Source of the DNA: Octopus vulgaris
Lineage: Eukaryota
DNA length: 64,000 nt
NCBI GenBank assembly: GCA_951406725.2
Contig: OX597827.1
Location: 16,678,001 to 16,742,000 of the forward strand
Direction: 5' to 3'
The notes under the pieces were generated by a model. It was not told where the DNA came from. It did no database searches and worked only from the letters and a program-made list of their open reading frames with translations. Shown here in pieces: positions 1-12,980 of this stretch (its first letter is position 1; each line of letters starts with the position of its first letter). Both the position numbers and the translations under genes were made by a program.

Positions 1-276
1 GTAACTTTTTACGTTCTGAGATTTAATAATAAAATTTTAGAGAGTTACTTCCCTTATATATGCCAAAAAGGCATTAAAAATGGGAAAAATTGATGGTAAA
101 TTTTTTTAAAATCGTAGACTCATCGTAGACGCGCGCTAATACCCAGAAGGGCTCGATATGAATCACGACTATAAGATACCCGGTTTTGGTTAAACTGCAC
201 CGCAAAATGTTGGAGTAGTTAGGAATCTAAATCGTAGGAGACAGACAGCACACAACCTCACTTTTATATATAAAGA
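1..276 (-). mobile_element. Non-autonomous Helitron-like element, 5' part (runs off the window start)
   Basis: Near-identical to 60690-60891 of the complete copy (aaatcgtagactcatcgtagacgcgcgctaatac...); the minus strand begins A|TC at 276. Confidence 0.7.
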
Positions 277-1270
277 TATGTATCTAGACAGTAGCATCTT
301 TTCATTGTAGTTATTTCGATTATTCCCAGTGCACTTATTATTTGGGGGATTCTTTCTGTTTTCAATTCCGCTTGAATTATACATCGAATTTATTTGGACA
401 GTAAGTAATACAACTATGGTAGGTTAACTCTACAGGGTATATAATGAAAGAAGTTGAAATTAATTTACTGAAAAACGAAACGAAATGGAAACACTTTCAC
501 TTGCATATCGTTACACAATCATGGCTTTAAAATATTTGTAATATGTAATGTATATAATATTACGGAGATGTACTTGCATAGCAAGTGAATGCAGCACGAA
601 TATTTGTCAGGGAACAGGTCGCGGTCTTATAGCGACGAAAATATTTTGAGAAATTAAACTTAAATGTTGAAGTGAATCGAACGACTTTTGTGTGTTTCTT
701 AAATGGCTTGCAAACACCTTCCACGCTGCAATTGAATGTATATAATAGTTAGTTGAGAAAAATAGATTAAAATGCTAGCCATATATGCAGCTATAATAGG
801 AGAATAAAGTACATTCAAATATTAATGACATACGTAGATATAATATTTATTTGTATGAAAACATATTCAAATGTGAATATAATAGTTAGTAGTTAAAAAG
901 ACGTTAGATTGGCAGATCCGTTAAAGCCTTGTGGTTTTCGTTCCAGGTAATTCTACCCTGAATTAAAATCCTGCCGAGAGTTCAACTCTTCGTCCATTTC
1001 GGAGTCAATGTATAAGGTCCAATCAAGTAACCATTGCAAGCCATCACATAGCAGTTTCAACTTGTGTTGGCCAATGGAAGAAAAGATTAGATGGACTGAG
1101 GGAAAAATCTATTGCTGTAGTTTTGAAGAGGCTTGTCTATCTTCCCTGTCTCAAATGATGAAAACACAAGTACCTCAAAATCTATGAGGATTTTGCATAC
1201 GTTAGTACTGTGACTAAAGCCACTATAACAAAGTCTGTAGATTCCGGAAAATATGGAAGTTGGAATTGTA

Positions 1271-1446
1271 GGCGCAGGAGTGGCTGTGTGGTAAGTAGCT
1301 TGCTTACCAACCACATGGTTCCGAGTTCAGTCCCGCTGCGTGGCACCTTGGGCAAGTGTCTTCGGCTATAGTCCCGGGCCGACCAATGCCTTGTGAGTGG
1401 ATTTGGTAGACGGAAACTGATAGAAGCCTGTCGTATATATGTATAT

Positions 1447-1478
<32 letters not shown>

Positions 1479-1688
1479 TTGTGTGTCTGTGTTTGTCCCC
1501 CTAGCATTGCTTGACAACCGATGCTGGTGTGTTTACGTCCCCGTCACTTAGCGGTTCGGCAAAAGAGACCGATAGAATAAGTACTGGGATTACAAAGAAT
1601 AAGTCCCGGGGTCGAGTTGCTCGACTAAAGGCGGTGGTCCAGCATGGCCGCAGTCAAATGCCTGAAACAAGTAAAAGAGTAAAGAGTA
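1271..1688 (+). mobile_element. tRNA-derived SINE family 1 (CORE-like), full length
   Basis: A-box TGGCTGTGTGG, B-box-like GAGTTCAGTCC, CORE-like ccttgggcaagtg, internal (TG)n, tail (AAAAGAGTA)n; several copies in the window. Confidence 0.85.
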
Positions 1689-2054
1689 TGCATTTAAAAA
1701 AACCATATTTAACAATGCTTTTGCAGTACCAGTGCTAGCACCAGTATTTGGGATATTGAACTGGACACTCGTCGAGATACATAGCTTGGATGTCAAATTT
1801 AGGAAGGTACTGACCACCGTTGGCAACTTACGCATCAATAGCAAGACCGATAGCATCTATATGGAGATAAGTGGTGGATGTAGAGGCATAAGGTCTGTTG
1901 TCCAAACAGCCCTTGAATGTCACATTGTATCACCCAGACAACACCTACTGAACAGTATAAAGAAAGTAGTGAGTACATTCCATGCATGCACAAAAGTGAG
2001 AGCAACATCCAGAGCTGGAGAACTACTCCTGCAGGTACTCTGAGAATACAAAAA

Positions 2055-2280
2055 GGCGGCGAGCTGGCAGAAACGTTAGCACGCCGGACGAAATGCGTAG
2101 CCGTATTTCGTCTGCCGTTACGTTCTGAGTTCAAATTCCACCGAGGTCGACTTTGCCTTTCATCCTTTCGGGGTCGATTAAATAAGTACCAGTTACTGGG
2201 GTCGATACAATCGACTTAATCCGTTTGTCTGTCCTTGTTTGTCCTCTCTGTGTTTAGCCCCTTGTGGGTAGTAAAGAAAT
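2055..2280 (+). mobile_element. tRNA-derived SINE family 2, single copy with 18-bp TSD
   Basis: Head ggcggcgagctggcagaa, B-box gagttcaaattcc, central ggtcgactttgcctttcatcctttcggggtcga (resembles the Meta/MESC domain, from memory); TSD aggtactctgagaataca at 2033-2050 and 2281-2298. Confidence 0.85.
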
Positions 2281-2747
2281 AGGTACTCTGAGAATACATT
2301 TGTTTCATGCGATCTAAAAGAAGTCGAACCGGCCTACCAAAAACGTAAGCTTGGAGGACGAGCAGGCATCATACCAGCAAAAAATCAATGCATGGGCCCA
2401 TATCCCGTAAGCTAGGGGGCAACAACAGCATTGACAGGAAGAGTAACCTCTCCTGGGCCTGGGACAGATACATTACAACCCACCTAGAAGGTTTATGCCT
2501 TCGCTAACCGGGAACAGGAGACAGCAACTAAATACCTCATAAACAAGAGGGACAAAAATATCAACAAAACTCCACGTTGTGATAAAAAATATCGGCTCTG
2601 CTATACTAGTGTGGAAGATATCATGCACATCATCATCAGCTGCCCCAAATTGTCTATGAGATACTACATAACCCTGGGCATGATATCACTGCAAAGACTA
2701 ATTACAATGCAATCCACAGGAAGGGCTCCCTTGACGTATACATTAAA

Positions 2748-3372
2748 GGCGGCGAGCTAGCAGAAACGTTAGCACGCCGGGCGAAATGCGTAGCCGTATT
2801 TCGTCTGCCGTTACGTTCTGAGTTCAAATTCCGCCGAGGTCGACTTTGCCTTTCATCCTTTCGGGGTCGATTAAATTAAATAAGTACCAGTTACGCACTG
2901 GAGTCGATATAATCGACTAAATCCGTTTGTCTGTCCTTGTTTGTCCCCCTCTGTGTTTAGTCCCTTGTGGGTAATAAAGAAATAGAAATAGGTATTTCGT
3001 CTGCGTTACGTTGTGAGATCAAATTCCGCCGAGGTCGACTTTGCCTTTCATCCTTTCGGGGTCGATTAAATTAAATAAGTACCAGTGACGCACTGGAGTC
3101 GATATAATCGACTAAATCCGTTTGTCTGTCCTTGTTTGTCCCCCTCTGTGTTTAGTCCCTTGTGGGTAATAAAGAAATAGAAATAGGTATTTCGTCTGCG
3201 TTACGTTGTGAGATCAAATTCCGCCGAGGTCGACTTTGCCTTTCATCCTTTCGGGGTCGATTAAATTAAATAAGTACCAGTTACGCACTGGAGTCGATAT
3301 AATCGACTAAATCCGTTTGTCTGTCCTTGTTTGTCCTCTCTGTGTTTAGCCCCTTGTGAGTAGTAAAGAAAT
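2748..3372 (+). mobile_element. SINE family 2 tandem array (1 head + 3 bodies)
   Basis: About 195-bp units joined at aaata|ggtatttcgtctg (~2991, ~3186). Confidence 0.85.
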
Positions 3373-3694
3373 AGGTATGTTAGAACCAGCAGGTATTCAC
3401 ACCTTTAAAAACAAGGAATACTAGTGGAACACTCAATAAAAACACGAGTTCGGCGCAAACATAACACACTTGATATTGTTCTATGGGACCAGGAACAAAA
3501 GTCATGCTGCTCAGCAGACGTGAATGTGCTATCAAAACTCCAAGAAAAAGAGAACATTTTTGGCGAATTAATGCAAAAATCTTCAGTGCTTGTAATCTGA
3601 CTATGAATTCTCATCTGCACCTATTATCAATTTTTAAAAACCCTACGAATACTCAGTTTCACGAAGAAAGAGCAAAAGAAATAGATGCGGATTC

Positions 3695-4110
3695 GGATCT
3701 TTTCGGTTTGAACGGCAGTTTTTCTAGCAGTGTCATATGAAATTGTCACCCATAATTATGACCCTAGTATCAATCTATTGCATTTCAATCTATTTTAGGG
3801 TTAGGGTTAGGGGTGGGGGTTAGGGTATATTTTTTTCTTCACAAATGTAAATAAACCCAATCTGTTTCTTAAACGAGGGACATATTCATACAGCACAGAA
3901 TGTTTTTTTAACTCAATGAACGTCATTGATTGGTTGAAATTGCAGAAATTGAAGAAAAAAACAACAAATATCTTACAAACTATAGAATTTTCTCAATAAA
4001 GCCAAGAGAAAAAGATGTTTTATAAACACATTCTACCAATATATGAAGTTTAAATTTTTTTAGTTACCTAGAAATTATGTTAAAATCTGCCGTTCAAACC
4101 GAAAAGATCT
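3695..4110. mobile_element. MITE with ~28-bp TIRs and 8-bp TSD (Merlin-like), internal TTAGGG repeats
   Basis: TIR ggatcttttcggtttgaacggcag / ctgccgttcaaaccgaaaagatct; TSD gcggattc at 3687-3694 and 4111-4118; GG termini plus 8-bp TSD fit Merlin. Confidence 0.8.
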
Positions 4111-4337
4111 GCGGATTCTCCAAATCCAATCTATTAGTGGCACGTTGAAGATTTGTAAGACATTCCCAAAATTCTCCATCTGAGATTCTTATGTGAATAG
4201 ACGGATATACTTGGGTATATGCATCGGCAGTTCAACCGACACACCAACTCAACCATACACTGAGAAATCTCTTAAATAAAAAAAAGTCTTGTCCCGTTGA
4301 ACTCTCTGAAGAACTTAAATAAAACTCAATGAAAAAT

Positions 4338-4423
4338 CATACATACACACTTTAACACACGCATACATATATACGTACGTACATGCATGCATACATACAT
4401 ACATACATACATACATACATACA

Positions 4424-4454
<31 letters not shown>

Positions 4455-4563
4455 CTATACATAGATAGATACATACATACATATCTGTACATACATAGAT
4501 ACATAGATACATACATACATACGTAGATACATACATACATACATACATACATACATACATACA

Positions 4564-4597
<34 letters not shown>

Positions 4598-4629
4598 CAT
4601 ACATACATACATACATGCAAACATATATA

Positions 4630-4665
<36 letters not shown>
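4338..4665. repeat. (CATA)n and (TG)n microsatellites
   Basis: Direct reading. Confidence 0.95.
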
Positions 4666-4670
<5 letters not shown>

Positions 4671-5937
4671 AGTAAAATATAGTTGATCAGATCAGTGGCT
4701 ATTATAGAAGCAGTAATGAAATAGTTGATAACCCCGTCAATTTGCCAGAGAACGTAGAATTTTTGTTAACCTTTGACAACGAGTCAATATTATTTTAGAT
4801 ATGATCTTAGATATGAGTTGTTTATGAATATAGCTGAAATACTGGTTCAGATACGTAACATATGAACGATACTCTGATATGGGTTTTATTTGAGTTTGGC
4901 AGAAATTGGGTATTAACTGATCAGAGCTGAAATATTTTCTGATCCAGAAGAAGAAACCTAGTCTTTGGAATATAGTCTTTGGAAAATAGTCCTTTCAGTT
5001 CATTTTGGTGTAAATGTGATCCACGATTTGTTATAATGCTATAGTATGATTTTAAATGTAGCAAGTACTATGGGAAAGACAATATGCTTAGACGTAAAGC
5101 TGGGTACATATCTTGGTGGGTACATATCCTTGATTTGTATAGTTTTTTTTTGTAATGGAGAATAATATCCGATCTCTGAAACGAAATAAATAAGAAATCA
5201 CTACTTATGAGTTCCTGTTAACCCCCAACTTGAGATATAAATACTTCAGCTGGAATTTATAGGCCGCAAGTGCTTGAACCAGAAAACAAACCCGCCCTCC
5301 CAAGATATGAGTCGTCGTTCTTTTGTTCTTCCTGATGGTGGAATTCTACAGGAGATCCACGTCCTTACGGAGGGATAGATGAAACAAGCAAAAATATATG
5401 AAGATATTTATAATCTGAAGATGCGGTCCTTATGCCTATCTTACAGTAGACTTCATTTCCAGTGATAATAAGCTACATACCGGTATTAAAAAGCGCCATC
5501 GCAAGGTTAGATACGGTCATCGTACAACACACTAGGTATTAATAGAAGTTGACATCATGCACTTGTAAGACCTAGGGTTAATAGCTTGCAAGGGGCTACT
5601 CTGCATAAGACGCACATACTTGTAATAAATTGGACTTGAGCTACGTGAACTCAAGTGTCCTGTTCAAGGGTAACAATCGACTCCCACCTAGTTGCGGAAT
5701 CGTACTCAAGTTAACCATTAGGCCACGCGTTTCATAAAATAGGAACCATAGTGAAGCAAAAACATACGAAAGGAAGTATTGTATACATAAAAATAAAGTG
5801 TTCCGAAGTGGTGTCTGCATCACTAAATACTTTACAGACGTAAAGCATACACACGCATACATATAACACGCACAAATATGTACAGACAAATATGTACATA
5901 AACACAGTTATAGGACGCATATTCACAAACACACACA

Positions 5938-6359
5938 TACTCTTTTACTCTTTTACTCCTTTACTTGTTTCAGTCATTTGACTGTGGCCATGCTGGAGCA
6001 CCGCCTTTAGTCGAGCAAGTCGACCCCGGGACTTATTCTTTGTAAGCCCAGTACTTATTCTATCGGTCTCTTTTTGCCGAACCGCTAAGTGACGGGGACG
6101 TAAACACACCAGCATCGGTTGTCAAGCGATGCTAGGGGGACAAACACAGACACACAAACACACAAATACACACATATATATATATATACATATATACGAC
6201 GGGCTTCTTTCAGTTTCCGTCTACCAAATCCACTCACAAGGCTTTGGTCGGCCCGAGGCTATAGTAGAAGACACTTACCCAAGGTACCACGCAGTGGGAC
6301 TGAACCCGGAACCATGTGGTTGGTAAACAAGCTACTTACCACACAGCCACTCCTGCGCC
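5938..6359 (-). mobile_element. SINE family 1, full length
   Basis: Reverse complement of 1271-1688. Confidence 0.85.
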
Positions 6360-6907
6360 ATGCAAGTACATATGCAAGTACACAATTATGTAAGGTATTC
6401 ACTCATGGACATACATACTCCTACATATACACATGGGTGCATACGCACACATACGTATTCATACGCACAACCGCATGCGCATATGTGAGAGCGCAGAATT
6501 ACTCCTTTGAATGATCATTTTAAATGACTGAATACAGATTTCTATTTTGTTATATAATAATATATCTGTAATATATAAAATACCGCCGAAAAAAAAAAAG
6601 CCGCAGACGAAACAAGTTAAACATAATGAACAACCAGTCAATAGAAAACATATTAACTAAAGAAGCAAATATACAAATATTAAGAAAAACTAAAAAAAAA
6701 CAAAAAATAAAAAAAAAATAAAAACAACGTGAAATTGAAAAAGAACAAAAACACCAATAAATTAATAAAACTGAAAATAGAAAATATAAAAATTTAACAA
6801 ATCCAACCATTATCTCCACCATGTGTGAGAATTTAAGTCACTAAGTAGTCCATTGAAATTATTATCAACACATACATGACACAGCTGAAATCAAATAAGT
6901 TAACAGC

Positions 6908-6964
<57 letters not shown>

Positions 6965-7064
6965 ATGTATATATATCTATATATATATATCTATATATAT
7001 ATATATATATATATATAATGTTGTATATATATGTATATGTATATATTTAAATATATATCTCTGT

Positions 7065-7123
<59 letters not shown>

Positions 7124-8059
7124 TATAGTGTATATGTATGTATGTATATATAAGTATATATATATGTATGTATATATATATGAAATATGTATAAGTATAT
7201 TTATATATATATATATATATAGATAGATAGATAGATATGCATATATGTGTGCGAGTGTGTGTATGTGTGTGTGAGTGTGGGTCTTATTAAACGGATGTTG
7301 CTCTTTCGAATATTTTTTTAAAAATCTGTATGTCCCTTGAGTATCTAGTTTAATACAAATTTGACTGAAATAACCACTCATCGATGGTACCATTTATTGG
7401 TGGCCTAAACAAAACTAATTCTGACCAACTGAAAGATAAAACTTGTTTTTATTTTTTTCGTTTTTTTTCTCCTTATTATTAGTATTCTTTTTTTATGATC
7501 TTTTTTTATCTATGAATGGCAGACAACATTATAAGGTTCATTTCGCGCTTGAAGTCACGTATGTCGTAGACATAATGAACCACAGAGCTCTGTATGTGTA
7601 TGTATGTGTGAGTGAGAAGTGTATGTGTGTAGGTGGGAAGCAAAAAAAAAAATCCTGGTTACATTTAAGTGCGCTTGTGCTTGCGTAGACATGTGTATGT
7701 ATTCCTTCCAATATTTTTAGTCATAGAATCAAGTTGTCATTGCACTCGTAGTGTGTGTGTGTGTGTGCGCACGCACGTATGTGTGTGTATTTGATGTATG
7801 CCTGTATGTATGTATGAATGTATGGTGGTAAGTATGCAGCTATATGTAAATGGACATGTATATGTACTCATACAGTTACATTAATATTCTCTTATAATAT
7901 CTTATAAATTTAAACGGCGCTGGTCTGTATGGGATATGACTCACGCACCTATACACTCACACGTGTATGCACACATACGCACACACATCGATGATTTATA
8001 TAAATTTAAATGTCTTCATGGGACATTACCTACATAAACGACATACATATACATCATGT

Positions 8060-8670
<611 letters not shown>

Positions 8671-8910
8671 ATGCTACCTCGTGTTAGAGCTTGTAACTGA
8701 TGAAATAATTTGATACATAGATAGATAGACAGCAAGAGGGATAGCGAGAGTGAGATGGAAAATCGGATTGGGACAGCGAGAGATATAGAATCATTTGTTA
8801 GATAGTGAATGTGTTTTGGGGTGATAGAGTGAGACAGAAAGAGAGATTAAAAAGAGGCAGATAATGAAGAATAGAGAGAGAAAGGGAGGCCAATGGGGAG
8901 GAACAGAAAT

Positions 8911-8965
<55 letters not shown>

Positions 8966-8967
8966 TC

Positions 8968-10396
8968 TTTCTTTATTAGCTACACAGGGCTGCACACAGA
9001 CAGAACAAATTACAAGGTAGAGCTTTTCTTTTAGGGGTAAAAAAGAGCGGGTTGGTTTTCGATCAAAAGGGATCGTAAAAGGAAAGAAAGAGGACAAAAA
9101 AAAGGGGAGGATTTTAAAAAAAGGTGGGGAGAGGGAAAAAAAAGAAAAGGGGAGAGGGAAAAAAAAGTTGATCAATAGGGATCGTAATCACAGAAATGTC
9201 AATATGAAGTGTAAAGGGGAGGACAGGAGAGGTTTACCCGTAGAAAGAAAAGCCTACGGAAAAGACCACGGTAACCTCGGTCAATGAAGTCACATGTTAT
9301 ATTTCTTTTTTTTTTGTTTGCAAATAAGCAACTCTCTGTATTAATTTTTACGGTTCATAAATCATAGTCAGGGTGGCTTCGTCATTCATACGTGCCATCC
9401 TTGCTACATTCACCCATCTTTTTTTAAAACATTCACTAGACAAAACTTGCCTCTCTACTCTCACTTTCCTCTTCAAGTGATACTTGAAGAAGTTGATGAG
9501 AGATTGACCAGAGAGGAAAGTGTTTGTCTCTAATCCTTTCAGGCGCGTCCACCAGATACATTCTTTCGCCATAGCCACAAGTATGATAAAAATAGCTCTT
9601 CCTTCCCGTTTGAAGGAAGGAGGCGTGACGATATTAACGATAGACTCGGTTGATAAACCGACACGTCCCACACGTGACAGCAGTCGTTCGACATAAGCTC
9701 ACAGGTCGGAAATTGCTGGACACTGCACGATTGCGTGCAGAGCGGTTTCGTCGTTCTGCCCGCATCTCGGGCAGGTCGGCCCCGTGTTTCCCGAGCCATG
9801 CCTATAGAGCTTATCCCGAACGGGTAGCGCTTCTCGGTAGCACCGCCAGGCCAGGGATCTCTGGAAGTTGTCCATAGGTCCCGGGCCGAAAGTCGTTTGA
9901 AACAGGCGGGTCAGGTATTCCTCGTCGACGCCCAGGTTTGCCCCGAGATCGTCGTCGTACCTCCCCTCCACTAATCCCCTATAGAATGCTTTGGTTTTGT
10001 TGAAGTCACTCAAGGTCGACCCGGGACGGCAGAGTTGCTTGAGAGCAAAGCGACACTCGCGGTGCCATTCGCCCTTCCTCGGCCTCTTTTTGATCCACGA
10101 CTGCAGCTCGGTCATGGAGACGAGTTGCGGGAATGCGTGCCTCACAAACGGCGACCACACCTGTTCACTGTCGTCTACATAGAGCTGGAGATGTCGCAGT
10201 CTCAGCGCGTGTCTGCGCATCGTCAACCACGGCATGTCCAGCCCTCCTTTTAACGGGTGTTGACAGCAAATGGATCGCCTGACCATCGGGACGCATCCTT
10301 TCCACAAGAAGCGGAAGAGAATGCGTTCTAGTTTGGTGATGGTAGGGTCGGGACAAGGTACGACAGTCAGGCGGTAGTAGATGATGGACGCGATGT
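8968..10396 (-). mobile_element. 5'-truncated L1/Tx1-type LINE (ORF2 C-terminus with zf-RVT-like motif, plus 3' UTR)
   Basis: ORF 9699-10526: ITKLERILFRFLWKG..RRSICCQHPLKGGLDMP..LAWRCYREALPVRDKL..CPRCGQNDETALHAIVQCP; continues by frameshift in ORF 9348-9671; AATAAA at the 3' end; flanked by (GATA)n. Confidence 0.85.
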
Positions 10397-10447
10397 AGAT
10401 AGATATATATATATATAGATATATATATATATAGATAGATAGATAAG

Positions 10448-10618
10448 TTTCTTTATTGGCCACACAGGGTTGCACACAAATGGGACAAGTTACAAGGTAG
10501 AGCTTTTCTTCTGGGGGATGAAACAAACAAAAAAAACAAAAGAAACAAAAAAAAGGGGAGGCGTAGGTTTTCGATCAAGAGGGATCGTAAAAGGGAAGAA
10601 AAGAACAAAAAAAAAGAA
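10448..10618 (-). mobile_element. Second, short 3'-end copy of the L1/Tx1-type LINE
   Basis: Homologous to 8968-9110; embedded in (GATA)n. Confidence 0.8.
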
Positions 10619-10627
10619 TAGATAGAG

Positions 10628-10678
<51 letters not shown>

Positions 10679-10693
10679 TAGATAGGTAGATAG

Positions 10694-10725
<32 letters not shown>

Positions 10726-11046
10726 TCAAATGAAGTCAAATGAAGTCATCTTTTCTGGCAGTGATTGAAAAGGGTCCGATCGGTTTTATATTGAGACATT
10801 CATTAAGGATTAACTTCACTCTCAACAGCTAAAGTTAGCAAATGATACATTTTGTTGAAAAGCTTAAACACTGGAACTAATGTAAGGGGGCCAAAATGTC
10901 CGTATGTGGGCATGTCCTGGGTGTGACCTTAAACTACATCTTTTAGTGAGACCCAGTTCGGGTGTTTTGAGTTGTGAGGCAGTTGGAATCATCCCTTAAT
11001 TACCATTATTCTTCAGTCAGTTCTGATCCGGAACCTGTCAGGTACC

Positions 11047-11454
11047 TATTTCTTTATTACCCACAAGGGGCTAAACACAGAGGGGACAAACAAGGACAGA
11101 CATAGGTATTAAGTCGATTACATAGACCCCAGTGCGTAACTGGTACTTAATTTATCGACCCCGAAAGGATGAAAGGCAATGTCGACCTCGGCGGAATTTG
11201 AACTCACAACGTAACGCGGACGAAATACCTATTTCTTTATTACCCACAAGGGGCTAAACACAGAGGGGACAAACAAGGACAGACATAGGTATTAAGTCGA
11301 TTACATCGACCCCAGTGCGTAACTGGTACTTAATTTATCGACCCCGAAAGGATGAAAGGGAAAGTCGACCTCGGCGGAATTTTAACTCACAACGTAACGC
11401 AGACGAAATACCGCTAAGCATTTCGCCCGGCGTGCTAACGATTCTGCCAGCTCG
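11047..11454 (-). mobile_element. SINE family 2 tandem array (1 head + 2 bodies) with 13-bp TSD
   Basis: TSD cctgtcaggtacc at 11034-11046 and 11455-11467. Confidence 0.85.
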
Positions 11455-11944
11455 CCTGTCAGGTACCGTTTATGAGTTAAATAGATTTACCAAAGGTGGA
11501 GAAGACTCTTGTGACTTTTGACGAAGCCTCGTGGGAAGCAGCTGTTCTAGGAGAAAGATACTCAGACATAAAACTTCTCGTACCGGTTATCTTCCGATGC
11601 TTGCCACAGGAATCTATTATGGTGACCGAAAGAGTGGCAAAATTGTTGTTTAAGCTTCTGTCACCGATAGCTCACTGCTCATTTCTGAATGTGAGGTGAC
11701 TATCATCTGGCAAGTTCAGACAAATACTCTACAATGTCATTCTAATAATCCTTTCTGCTATAGGCGCAATGACTGAACTTTGAAGAATGAGGGTCTGAGT
11801 CGATTACATCGACCCCATTGCGTAACTGGTACTTATCTTATCAACCCTGAAAAGCATGGATGGCTAAGTTGACCTCGGTGTAATTTGAACTCAGAATGTA
11901 AAGAAGGAAGACATGCGGCTAAACATTTACGAAAGTACTTCCAT

Positions 11945-12140
11945 CCTCGAAGGCCCCGCGGAAATTTCCAGGAAGTCCCCTCCTCGGAACTTTCCAGGAG
12001 GTCCTTCCTCTTCTACCATCCTCGGAACTTTCTAGAAAGTCCCTCCTTGGAATTTTCCAGTAACCCCCCCGGAAATTTCCAGGAAGTCCCTCCCCTCCTC
12101 GGAACTTTCAAGGAAGTTATTCCTCCTCGGAACTTTTTAA
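11945..12140. repeat. Degenerate minisatellite of GGAAHTTTCHAG units
   Basis: About 7 irregularly spaced copies of cctcggaactttccaggaagtcc-like units. Confidence 0.75.
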
Positions 12141-12453
12141 AACCTGGTATTTAATCTATCATTCTCTTTGCAGAACTGTAACTGGGGCGTAAAGACACAA
12201 ACACCGGTTGTCAAGCGCTGTGGGAGCAAACATAGACACAAGGGCATACACACACACACGTACACGCGCGTGTGCACAGAGGCTTCTTTCAGTTTCCGTC
12301 TACCAAATCCACTAACAAGGCTTTAGTCGGCCTTATAGTAGAAGATCTTTAACCGAGGTGTCAGGCATTGAGACAACCCGGAACTATGCGGTTGAGAATC
12401 AAACTTACAAAACAAACACGACAGGTACATGTTCATCACTCCTGTCACAACCT

Positions 12454-12497
12454 GGGACCTTGAAGACTGCTATAATGCAAGAAAGTATACTAGTCCC
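12454..12497 (+). ncRNA. Minimal type-I hammerhead-like motif (CUUGAAGA core variant)
   Basis: Stem I gggac/gtccc; core cttgaaga; stem II tgc/gca; GAAA; palindromic stem III AGTATACT; cleavage triplet CUA. Confidence 0.55.
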
Positions 12498-12723
12498 TTA
12501 ATATTCTATACTCAATATTTCATCTATTCAACAAGACAATCAATACTTCATTTCCTTTTACTATATATATATTATTTATACTATATATTCTATATTCTAC
12601 ATTAATATCATAAAGAATATAAATAAAACATAAAAAACAGAGTTGGAATTCCTTTGAATAATATATATATAGAGATAGATAGATATACACACACACTCAT
12701 ATATATATATACATATATTCATA

Positions 12724-12813
<90 letters not shown>

Positions 12814-12869
12814 CATTAATATTATAAAGAATATAAATAAAACAAAAGAACGGCGTTGGAATTTCTTTG

Positions 12870-12921
<52 letters not shown>

Positions 12922-12941
12922 GCATATACATATACACACAT

Positions 12942-12980
<39 letters not shown>

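Larger units (their letters stand above)
1689..4337 (+). pseudogene. Decayed R4/Dong-type non-LTR retrotransposon (RT end, Zn knuckle, RLE endonuclease), interrupted by two SINE insertions and a MITE
   Basis: Fragments VLAPVFGILNWT..LDVKFRKVLT..GGCRGI (1732-1900), RLCYTSVEDIMHIIISCPKLS (~2594-2660), KHNTLDIVLWDQ (~3457-3495), ILQIQSISGTLKICKTF (~4115-4165); stops and frameshifts; ends at (CATA)n. Confidence 0.7.

Noticed and set aside
3795-3826. TTAGGG repeats as a telomere or chromosome-fusion scar
   Set aside because: They are an internal part of a MITE present twice in the window
5330-5640. Possible RLE-endonuclease remnant
   Set aside because: Too degenerate to support by eye; needs tblastn against non-LTR proteins
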